The position numbers and the translations under genes are program-made. Source: Paragordius varius (Eukaryota; Animalia; Nematomorpha). From it: 64,000 nucleotides of DNA. The notes below the pieces were generated by a model. It searched no databases, was not told the DNA's origin, and worked only from the letters and a program-made list of their open reading frames with translations. Each line of letters begins with the position of its first letter. Position 1 is the first letter of the stretch. Positions 53,201 through 64,000 of this stretch are shown here, piece after piece. The stretch spans positions 6,138,001 to 6,202,000 of the forward strand of contig OZ176051.1 of assembly GCA_964247055.1 (NCBI GenBank). The letters run 5' to 3'.

Positions 53201-56200
53201 AGAAAGTTATTTACACTTTTGTGGTAAATGCTCCATATCAGAAAACCAAAATAAGCACATTTTTTGAAAAAAATTTTTGGTAAAAGATAGCTTCATTCCA
53301 AGAAATGCCACTAAAATCTATCATTTATTTTTATAAAGCAAAACAACAATTTTAAAATATGATACTTTTTTAATGTAAGCTCCGAAAGTCCCATTTTTCG
53401 TTCTCCCAAAATGAGTTAAATCTTTAAAATAATCGCAAAAATACCGGGATTGCGGGATAAAAGATATAATAAATTTTGACATAAGAAAATATTTTTAAAA
53501 AATGCATACTTTTTACAACAATTATTTAGAAAAATTTGTTCGCAGTATTTTTAGCCATGATGGAAAAGGTATATAAACGCTTTAACATATTATAAAACAC
53601 CTTTTCTACGTAATTTGATAAAGCTGAATTCTATCACCTCAAAGTATTAATTCGGGGTTCGTTTCCTTAATTAAGTTAATTTTCGTAAAACAACAATTTA
53701 TTTTTAACAAAATAGAACAAACGAATTACACTAGACAACAAATTTGACTTTTTTATCTGCCATTGTTGTAAATTGAAAATTTATTCATTAAAGTATATAA
53801 ATGGTATACTTACACCTCATAATTTTTTTATTAACGCTCATCGAAAAGTTTTGACCCCGACCCCGATTTACATTAAACTCGATATATGAAAATTAAAAGT
53901 TTTAGACATAAGGCCATGTATTTTATATCATTCGGCGAAAGACTGGATTTGGTAGTTAGTCATTTAAAACAATGTGATGGTCAAATTTTTCGTTAAATAA
54001 GTCAAAAATTTTCTCAGACAAAAATGATAAAAATTATTTTATAGATTTACATTAAATTGAAAAAATCCTTGTTTGGTTTGCTTTTTAATAAAAATTTTAT
54101 TATCAATATTATTTTAGCTCGTGGCTAATCGTTACAACTCTATATTTATTACTTAATGGTTTGAAAGATCAAAATATCTTAAACTTAGTTTTTAGTATTT
54201 AAAATTTTGAGATTATAAGACTCCTATAAAAATAAAATAATTTGATGAGATGGTAATTTTTTAAAAAAACAAAAACTAAAAATAGCTGTTTTGAATGTCA
54301 TAAAAGCAATATAAAAGAAATCCTTATGTCATCTTTTTTGGACATTCATTGCCATCTGGATAACTTTTAGGCTATTATCATCCATTAGTATAAATATATA
54401 AAATTAAATAAAACGCGTTCGCTTCGCGGGTTTGTCGCTTCCTATGTCCAATATATACTATCGATGTTAAACATACATGTGTGTATTTTATAGTTATTGC
54501 TCTTTCGAATGATATATTTGGGCATTTGTCGTATATTTTCGAAACATTTAATAGTAAAATTTTGCTCAAAATTAAATTTTTATTTCAATATATATTTTTT
54601 TAAGCTATTTTTTTATGTCAAAATTTAGCATATGTTTAAATAATTTATCGGGTATGAAATTTATACGTTTATTTTAAAAGAACTAGCCCATAGAAGAGGG
54701 AAAAAATTTGGGAGTCAACATTTGAAAACTAAAATATTTTAAAATAAATTTCTTTTAATAGGTAGCATATGATATATTTTAGTGTTATTTTTGAAATGAA
54801 GCATTTAGCCTTGACCAAAAAAGTTTTATTTAAAAAAAGATGATCAGATTTTGCCATATCTGATAAGAAGCATTTAACGCAACATTGGAAAAAACTTTTT
54901 TATATCACCCGTAAGGGCAAAACCAAAAGTATATTAAACCTGATACTTACCAAATTATTTATTTCATTAGTTTATACCCGCCGGTTTTAAACGCAGTGTA
55001 ATTTATAGTTTTCATAAACCTTTTTTTGGCGTTTCAAATGAGATATTCGAGGAAGGATTATAAATTTGTACGAATACTAGTACATTGAAAATTGATGTAT
55101 TTCCTTGTAAGTTACTGGAGTTAATAACTAAATTTGATACGTAATCCGATTTAGGAATACTAATATGTAATGGTGTTAAAACAAAATTGTATCGACTATC
55201 TACCCATTCTTCCATAATATCCACAGTCTGATTGTCTTGAAAAATTCTAATCTATAATTTTATTATCAAGACATATATATAACAGATATTTATTCATATA
55301 GTTTAATATTAAAAATATTTTGAGCTTAAATTACAAGCTTAGGTTTTCTTCCATCAGATTTTATTAATTTGAAATTTTTGGCACATCCAGTGACAAATAT
55401 GCCAGAATTCAAAAAAGGTATGGTTCGAGGTGATTGGCAAAGCTTCCAATCGTGAGTGTAGTCCAAATGTATATTTATTTGTATCTATAAAATAATTTTC
55501 TATTTTCAAAATCTTGGGTATAAATAATATCATTATCAAGAAATTTATCGGGATTATAATAGTGTTAGTTTTGGCCTTTACGAGTGATTTTAGAAAGTGA
55601 TTTACACTTTTGTGCTGGGAATTAGAAAATGGCAAAATTTGCGCATATTTTTATAAATGAAATTTTTTGCTAAAAATTTGCATCCTTTTAAAAAATTAAC
55701 TATATATTATAAACTACATGTAGAAAGCAAAAAACAATAATAAAAAAAAACTTAATTTTTGTGTGTGGGCTCCGAAAGTCCCAATTTTTCGCTCTTTTAA
55801 AATGGGCTAGTTCTCTGTCAAGATTGTCCGGTAAAAATTTTAAATTTTTGCTATTTTGACATGAAATTATATTTTTAAAAAATGTATACCTGTGCAATAT
55901 TTTAAGCAAAAGTACTTCATACTATTTTGAGATGATTGAAACGGTATAAAAACGCTTTAATTTATTGTAAAAACACTTTTTTCATATAATTTGATAATGC
56001 AGAACATTTCCATCATATCAAAAATTTATAGTTAAAGGTTCGTTTGCTTTCAAAATTTGGTGTTAAAAAACACAATATTCATTTGACATAAATGAGAAGA
56101 CGACGATATATTAATCATTTTGAGGTGATTTGAAATGTTTAGCATAATTAAATTATAGATTTGAAGTGTTATTTAAAATTAATCTTTTCATCTTTCCGCA

Positions 56201-59200
56201 AAGTGGTATAAGGTAGACTTAAACAAAATAATATTTAATTTTTGAAATATGCTATTTAAAAAAAATTCGTCATTTGGCATATATTAAAATCTTTAGTAAC
56301 AACCTCGGAATTTAATCTTTATCTCATTACTATCCAATTTTAAAAGAGCGGAAAAATTTGTTCGAAGCCTACATCTAAAAATTATAATATACCATTTCTC
56401 AGTCTAAATAAACGTTTTCCCAGTCAATCGAAACGTTTTTCCAGTCAATCAAAACATTTTCCCAGTCAATCGAAACGTTTTCCCAGTCAATAGAAACATT
56501 TTCCCAGTCAATAAAAACATTTTCCCAATCAATAAAAACGTTTTCCCAGTCAATAAAAACGGTTTTATTTTTGATGATAAATATTAAAACAAGACATAAA
56601 AATAACTTTCAACCATTATCAGCGTAATATTATATTATTTTTTATTAAAAAACAATTATTGAATGCCATTTCCAAGTATATTTCAGTGCACGATCATTAA
56701 TGACCTATTCTTTAAAAAATATATTTTTAATTTGAGATGTTTTTAAGATAATATTGGTTTTATTGATGGTTCGCATTAATATTTGCCGAACGCTTCAAAA
56801 CAGTTTCTAATTTCAAGTTTTTCCATAAAAATACTGTCGGAAAAAATATTTAAACAAAAAATTTTTTCGACAAAAATGTTTTTGATTTAAAAAAAATTAA
56901 TAAAAAGATATTAGAAAACAGGAGTGTCTAACCAAATGGCTTCCCGGGCTGAATTACTCAAAAAGCACAGCGTTGCGCATTTGATATATTTCATTAATAA
57001 TTTTTTGATTAGACATAAGACTGTAAATATAACAATTTTTTTAATTTGTTACCAATTTAATAGACTCATTCAGAATAGCATTGCGTAAGAAGTATGATTA
57101 TTACTAAAATTTTGTGGGCATATTTTTGCATATGGATTTTTAAATTTTTAGCGAGCCGCACAAAGATATTCGGCAACCCGAGTTGGGCACCCGATGAAAT
57201 GATAAATATTATAAAATTACTGTAAAATTTATGTTTAAGATCCAATATGAAGTGTTAAATGACCTATGAGATAATGGTATATTATTTTTATTTTTAATAT
57301 ATCTGTAACTATAGATTATGGAAGTTAGCCGCAAAAAGTGCGAATACATCTCAAAATACAAAAATATGATTTTCAAAGAATAAATCATTTATAATCATTC
57401 AATAATTTTTTTTAATAAAAAATAATATAATATTACGCTGATAATGGTTGTATTTTTATGTCTTGTTTTAATATTCATCAAAAATAAAACCGTTTTTATT
57501 GACTGGGAAAACGTTTTTATTGATTGGGAAAATGTTTCGATTGACTGGGAAAATGTTTCGATTGACTGGGAAAACGTTTGGGACTGGGAAAACGTTTCGA
57601 TTCACTGGGAAAACGTTTATTTAGACTGGGAAATGGTATATTATCAAAAGATTGTTTTGAGTTTATATGCAGTTTATGTATAGTAATATTTTTTTTAAAT
57701 GCATTTTGGTTTGGAAAAATTTATTTAAAATATAAGCAATTTTCATTTACCATTACCACTAAAGTGCAAACAACTTTTTAATTACTTTAAGTGCCAAAAC
57801 CAAAGGCATCATAATAATCCCAATAAATTTTCCTATCTAAAAATATAAAATTATAATATTTTTTTGTAAACAGTGGGTTATTAGAAAATTTCACAATATC
57901 AAATATATGAAAAGGATTATTTGATGGCATTTAATACACTAAAAAAATGGTTCATTTTCAATTTTTAATAAAAAATTTAACACAGTAATAAAAAAAAACA
58001 ATTACTTACCTTATATAAATAATGTGCTTTAATATAATCCAAAATTAGGCGAGATGGAAATTCCATCTCCAACGTAAAAGTAACAGGATTCTTTCGAATC
58101 ATTCGATAACTTAAATGGATGAGGTCGGAATTGTTGTTCATTGAAAAAATGGTAAGATTAAGTCTGTTTCTAAATCAAAAAATAACCAAAATAAGTTCGT
58201 TTTTATTCTATTTTTCAAGCGTACGTTTATATCAAGTTTTGTCAAACCATTACGAAAAGAGTTTTTTTGTATTATGAAGCATGATTAACGGTACAAAACA
58301 CATTTAAACGTTAATATCACTTTTTAAAATATTTTTTTGTATATCATTTGATTCAGGTTAAAGTTTTTATTTCACAAAAAATTATTAAAGATTAAAATCA
58401 AACATATATTAAATGAGGCAATAGAAATTGCATTATCAAATGAAATAGATTGATATACCAACTATGCCAAAATTCATACAACTCGCTTCAACTTAGTTTT
58501 GTAATAAATTAAATTTTTAAACATATTGAATTTTGGATATGGATGTCATAATTTAGCATATACTTAAACTTATAGAGCAACCTCGGAATTTTTGAGTTTA
58601 TCATAAATAAATTGTTTATTTAGAAGGGTCCAAAATATGAGTCTTGGGTCGGCATCTATAAATAAAAATTTAATATAAATATTGTTTTAATATTTTTTTG
58701 ATTGATATTAGCCTTTACCAAAAAATACTTAGCTGAATTTGCGCAAATATTATCATTTGCTGATAGGGTGGTTGCCACTAAAGTTTCAATAACTTTCTAT
58801 CACTCATGCCTAAAACCAAAAGCACTATGATAATCCTGATATATTCTTCTTGTTTTTTATGTAGTAGTCCAGGGGTGTCCAACACAAATGGCTTGAAGAG
58901 CCACATTTTCGACCTCGAAAATCCGAAGAGCGACATTTTAATTAAAATATATCAAGACATAAGTTATAAACACATATAGATGTGCGAATTATAGCATAAA
59001 ACAAAATAATTGGTAAAAATTATATAATATTGTTAAATTGTACTGATATGTGTAAAAAATTGATGAAATGCAAGGACAAATTAAACTTAATTTTCTATTA
59101 TATCTGCCATTGATGAAAGCAAATTATAGAATATAACAAAATGAATTTTATTCGAGAAATTGATAATCTTTTCACAAAAAACAACTTAAACTTACCCCAC

Positions 59201-60057
59201 TTAATTCTTGTTAAACTGTGTTTAGCATGCAATTTTTATTTATATTAAAGAATATATTGAAATTTATTTATGGGCTAACGAGGAATTTATATAGCTCTTT
59301 CACATAAATAAAAAACGTTACCAATTCAAAATATTTTCATATACGTTATTTATAACTCCAATATTATGAGTATTGATATTTTAAAATGGGACTGTGGTTT
59401 TCAGAAATATGGCTCTTTCACTAAATAATTACCAAAAAAATTTACCAGTTGCAAGCATTCTAAAGATTTTTAGATAAAGGAAATAAATGAATTAACCAAT
59501 GTTATAATAGCAAATCAATCTAAAATTTTAATTTAAAAAAAATAAAAAATTTTAAATCTTCACTCAATATATAACTTTTTGCAAAAAAAATTTTTTTTTT
59601 AAATTTTTTAAAAAAACCACTCAAAATGTTCAAAGAGCCAAAAGCGACTCCGGAACCACCTGTTGGACAACCCCAAATCAGTCCATAATATTATGTGCAA
59701 ATTTTAGAAGATCTTTCCGCTACATTTGTTGTATTACACCGCCATAATTAACCATATATAATAAAAAAATTTATTTAATCAATTTTTTTTCAAAAATATG
59801 TATTATAGAATATTACAAATTATTAAATACTATCTTTATTAATATTTATATTTTAAGAGTCGTTCAATCGGAGCTAGTACAATAGAAGGATACGTATAAT
59901 TTAAAAATATATTAGATTGTTAATAAACGGTGTTCGTATCAATTTTTATATTTAATATTTACCTCTTAGCCCATTCCCTTATATCTAAATTGGCATGATT
60001 TTGTATTATTGTGGTAAGTATATTGATGAATAATAAATAATTTATATAAAAATTCAT
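44690..60057 (-). CDS. Multi-exon secreted/membrane glycoprotein of unknown family (exons 59963-60057, 58010-58169, about 55395-55512, 55020-55235, 52553-52697, about 52303-52470, 49490-49652, 44982-45080, about 44750-44794)
   Basis: ATG with signal-peptide-like MNFYINYLLFINILTTIIQNHA. Phase-compatible junctions AG|GTAAAT to exon 2 (ends AAG|GTAAGT), 55020 to 52697 to 52470, and 49490 to 45080. Dense NxS/T sequons. Junctions near 55395 and 52303 are unresolved, so it may be two genes. Confidence 0.6.
45547..46116. mobile_element. TTAA-flanked (piggyBac-like) MITE, second copy
   Basis: TTAA at 45543-45546 and 46117-46120. Collinear with 19228-19779. Confidence 0.75.
46346..49056 (-). mobile_element. 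Non-autonomous Helitron (copy B) with internal about 300-bp repeats
   Basis: 5' TCTATCTATATC...TATAAAAATG at 49056; 3' hairpin CTCAGGAC...GTCCGAG then CTAG at 46346; A|T insertion site. Confidence 0.82.
50198..50286. repeat. Compound (CA)n(TA)n microsatellite
   Basis: Directly visible. Confidence 0.95.
50740..51787 (-). mobile_element. Short non-autonomous Helitron (copy C) with duplicated 5' block
   Basis: 5' TCTATATATTTATAAAAATG at 51787; 3' hairpin CTCGGGCTGC-GTA-GCAGCACGAG then CTAG at 50740; A|T site. 50935-51250 repeats 51410-51750. Confidence 0.8.
56384..57644. mobile_element. Foldback-type element with about 270-bp inverted arms containing a 21-bp minisatellite
   Basis: Arms about 56384-56665 and 57395-57644 are reverse complements. 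Unit GAAACGTTTTCCCAGTCAATC. Possible degenerate 9-bp TSD CTAAAAATT / CAAAAGATT. Confidence 0.8.
58870..59675. mobile_element. hAT (Charlie-like) MITE
   Basis: CAGGGGTGTCCAAC at the left and GTTGGACAACCCC at the right, with GAGCCA/GCGACTCCGG subterminal motifs. TSD degenerate. Confidence 0.65.
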
Positions 60058-61797
60058 GACTAAAATATTTATTTGGATGAAGCGCTAATTTTTTGAATTA
60101 ATTGTGCTACGCTTATTGTAGATAAAGTTAACTGAACTTAAGTAAAATTAAAATATTTGCACAGCTACGCATATTTATTTAATTAGAAACAACTTGGTTT
60201 TGTAAACAATTTTGATTTTAATTTTATGGTATGCAAATATCCAAATTTTGGACTCTTTAGAAAACTTTAATGCTAAAAAGATTTTTAATCTAATAAACCA
60301 AAACAATGTTAAATAACCAAATTTTAATCAAACAACTCGAAATGGTAGTTTACAAATCAAAGTTTTGGAATACAAAACCCTTCCAAAATGTAATAGTCTA
60401 GAAAAAATAAATGACATTTTAAGGCAGTCAAATGATAATTCAAGGTACTGGTCGTTGAATTAAGGTATTTTATATTTTTGATTGATTTGTATATTAGATT
60501 AAATTGTTCGTAATTTTTCCATTTTAATATTATCTTAACAACATGTTCAAAAACCATTTATTCATTTAATTTTAACTAAATTATAATTGCAATAATAATA
60601 CAATAACACTTCGGCGTTAACAATATCCAAAAATATTTATATCTAATCGATTTAACTGTGCGCATCGGAAAATCATTTAAGAGCTTAAAATAAAAATCAA
60701 AATGAAAAATGTGGTTAAATTACATAAAAAAATTTAATTTATTGCTAGATCAAGACGCGTCAACTAAATGTTATGATATATGGCAAAGATATAATTCTTA
60801 AAAAAAATATTATTAGGATTCTACATTTTTTAAATGATCCTTGGAATACGATAAACTAAAAAATTAAACTATAACGTCCTATTTGAATAAAAAACCTGCA
60901 GTTTATATTTTTTTTCATATAGTTACTATATGTATCAAAATACCCAATACATAGCGTTAAAATTGAATATATAATAAATTTCCAAATATAAAAATGTTTA
61001 TATCAAAAATAAATATTTTGTGTGTTTAAAGAGGGGCTGGTAATTTAAAAAAAACAAATTATTATAATTTATGTACAGGTTTACGCTTTGAACAAACTAA
61101 AAAAGGCAAACTGATCCGTGACGCAGCATCGGCGATGTTTAAAGAATCCTGATTTATCAAATATTAAAAAATTTAAAGTTTTATAGCTGTTTCTTAATTT
61201 TAATGTCGCCTTTATATTATTTACAAAAACCATAGAATAAAATGCATGAAGTTATCCTTTTGCTAAAAAGCTATTAAAATAAATATAAAAATTATGGCCT
61301 AAATTTTATTTTGTAATTAATTATTTAAATTATAATTTACCTGGTCGCAAACAACTGTGTAATATAAAATTACACGACTAACTGTGCAAATTTTGATTTT
61401 TGGCATTTTAATCTTCCTAACTTATATATCGTTACTACTAAAAAAATAAATTAAATATTTATGAATAATTTGGTACTCTAAGAAACCATTACAGATTTTC
61501 AGGGTGCCAGTTATAATAATAAAATTGTAATACGCCGATTATAAGAATATGAATTTTGGGTCATTGCTTTATTTAAGGCCATTGATCTTAACCCTTAATC
61601 GCATTAAATCCAAATAACAACTTTTATATAATTTTTATATCCAATGTAAAAACTGAATAATAACATTCGACCCAGAATCAAATAAATAAATAATTTATTT
61701 TAAAAGATCGTCTAATAATAATTGCATTTGTAAGCGATATCGTAGATTCAAACATGCGTCAAATTTCAAAAATTAATAAAAAAACAGTTCATTTTTT

Positions 61798-64000
61798 TCA
61801 ATCATTACAAAAAAAGAAACGATAGGTATTGTTTATCATAAAAGATGGATACAGGTACCAGGGTCTTTTAATCGGTACTTCTGTACAATGGTTGAGATTG
61901 TCAGGATGAAACGGAGATGGTATTGGAGTATTAACATTAGTATTGCTACTAATGTCATACTCATTTTGATTGCACATGGTATTTTCATAGGGCAACGACA
62001 AAGAATGATTCGCATTACTATTATTATTAATCGTGTATTCTTCATCACTGGGTATCAAGGCATATTTCGTACGATGCTTCCCAAATTTTTTAGTGTTGTT
62101 AAAACCAAATAATCTGGTATAAAATTGATGCATACGATCGCCTGACTTTTTTCCCGAAACGTTTGATTGTGGTTGTTTTATCTTCCGCATGGCACGTTCT
62201 TGTCCAATATTTAGTCTTCGTTTTGTAAGCCGTTCACTCGTTGTAACTCCCATTGATATTTGATATAATTGACAAACTAGGAGTATGGTAACCCAAGCCG
62301 AATGTATAAAAGCCTGAATCCAAAACCAACTCACCCATCCGTTACAAAAGATGAGGGAAAAAACTATACGGACAATTGTTTCGGCAAAAGTCTTAATCGT
62401 AGCATCCAATGATGGCGGCTTATTATGGATATATCGTTCACTTTGTACTGTTTTATTATTGAAATCATCATTACCTTTATCAATGTGAGCATTTACGGAT
62501 TGTACACATTGGGGTAATGTTATCCAATATAAATAAGTAATATACATATACGAGCATAAACATACCAACATAGATGCAATATAAATGACAAATATTTTAT
62601 GATTCCGTCGCCCTATGCATGTATTAAGCCAAGGGCAATGATGGTCATGCCTAGCAACACATCGATTACACAGGGCACAATGTTTGGTTCTAGATGGTTT
62701 AGGTACAATTAAACATGTCGTACAAATTGATAAATGGGGTTGATAATAATCGCTTAGTTCATTTGCGTCATTATTATCCAAGAGTGAAAATTGTATATCG
62801 GTATTGTCAGAATGATTTTCAAATTGTGGTTTTTGCATTAAACCGTAATGAGCATTGAATGTTTGAACAATTTGTTCGCAATGATACCGTAAATATTCAA
62901 TCTCAGTATCGATAGCAATTTGAGGTGTCGTTTTGTTAGATGCGTTTTGGGTATGTTTGAAACCCAAAAAAGCATAAATGAAATGAAAACAATTTGACCA
63001 TTCCTTACTTTGATGGTCGGTGCATGAGTTATGGTTTGGGGCCTCACTTTCAAATTTATTTCTTGGTTGAATAATAACAGGGTTATCATTCGTTGATAGA
63101 GATGATTCCGATTTTTGTGAATTAATTGCTTTACACAAGGTTTGAAGACGTTTTAACTTAGTTCTCACATCAAATTGGGGTATGTACCCTGGGTCCATGA
63201 CCAAACACGTAATGTAGGATAAAAGCATACATATGGAAGAAATGCTAAATATAATGAGGCAAGGCACACTAATCCTGTGTCCATAGACGTTTAAAGTGGG
63301 TAAAAGTATGACAAACAATGTCCCATAAAATGCTAACATTGTTGAAAGATACAGGGAAAAGGGCATAAATGTGCCAATATCTCGATCAAACATGATTTGT
63401 CCAACACCGAGCCAAAGAGCCAACCACAAGGCTATACATAAAATTTTATAGCCCACGTTAAAATGATGATAATCTGTCACAAAAAATGATGAAAGAACTA
63501 ATCCTATAAAGCATATGGTTGTAGGTATAAAACATGACATGATTGTGTTTCTAACACGTTTTCCTGCACAAATAGCCACCCTATATGAATATATATATAT
63601 ATTATGGAAAATTTTTTAGATTGCAATTTTTTAGCAAAAACCTGCATGGTAACCGTAATTCTAAGCGTTTAGTATTGTAAAGTTTATCGTAAATCAACAA
63701 AATTCGCTGCAAATGTAGGGGGTAATGAGTATTCTTCACATTTATCTAAAATTAGAAGGTTAATTATTACTGAAAATAATTAAAATACGATAATAATTGT
63801 TTATTAAAATGAATGTAAATCATAATTTGTTGAGATAAAACCGTTTGAAAAAGATCAGGTTCATAGGTAATAAATGTAGAAATGGCTGAAGTGTTAGCTG
63901 AAGCTAAAGCTTGAGTTAATGGAGATTCATTGCGATCAGTGCTGGTATTGAGGGGCGACGCATTAAAGGCTAAAAGAATGCGAAAAACATCAGGGGCAAA
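61798..64000 (-). CDS. ZDHHC17: ZDHHC17/ZDHHC13 (HIP14-type) ankyrin-repeat palmitoyltransferase, 5'-partial (exons 63842-64000, 63642-63745, 61798-63580)
   Basis: DHHC-CRD CTTC...[18 protein letters not shown] (DHHC at 62635-62646), DPG and TTxE motifs, HIP14-specific LLVCQLYQI and MPFSLYLST. The upstream exon RILLAFNAS...[16 protein letters not shown] is ankyrin-like. Introns of 96 and 61 bp (GT-AG) keep the frame. Confidence 0.88.

Noticed and set aside
56405-56565. Short direct repeats resembling a CRISPR array
   Set aside because: Contiguous units with no spacers, no cas genes and a eukaryotic context.
57444-57781. ORFs encoding (DWENVSI)n heptad repeats
   Set aside because: They are translations of the 21-bp minisatellite in the foldback arm; the same array is inverted at 56405-56565.
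61075-61142. Possible extra 3' exon of ZDHHC17 (GFFKHRRCC resembles the HIP14 tail FFEFRCC)
   Set aside because: No phase-compatible donor found at the end of the large exon; needs RNA evidence.

Overview
Strongly AT-rich eukaryotic DNA with GT-AG introns, most likely animal; no prokaryotic systems or CRISPR arrays. Host genes: the 3' part of a ZDHHC17/13 (HIP14-type) ankyrin-DHHC palmitoyltransferase (minus strand, runs off the right edge), one tRNA-Gln(CTG), a multi-exon N-glycosylated secreted/membrane protein on the minus strand (about 44.7-60.1 kb) and CUB-like exons on the plus strand (0.5-14.1 kb). The last two are largely invisible in the ORF track. The centre is an about 8.4 kb tandem duplication (about 25.8-34.2 and 34.2-44.3 kb). 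Each unit carries a gene for a protein of 35-38 aa tandem repeats whose helix closely resembles PKA-RI anchoring (AKAP) helices, followed by PP1-docking motifs (KVRW, SILR); this is the most interesting candidate. The rest is transposon-dense: two full-length frameshifted RTE LINEs with TSDs (one inserted about 67-83 bp upstream of the tRNA), hAT elements and MITEs with 8-bp TSDs, TTAA MITEs, three non-autonomous Helitrons and a foldback element. All alignments and exon models were done by eye; family calls rely on remembered motifs, not database searches.
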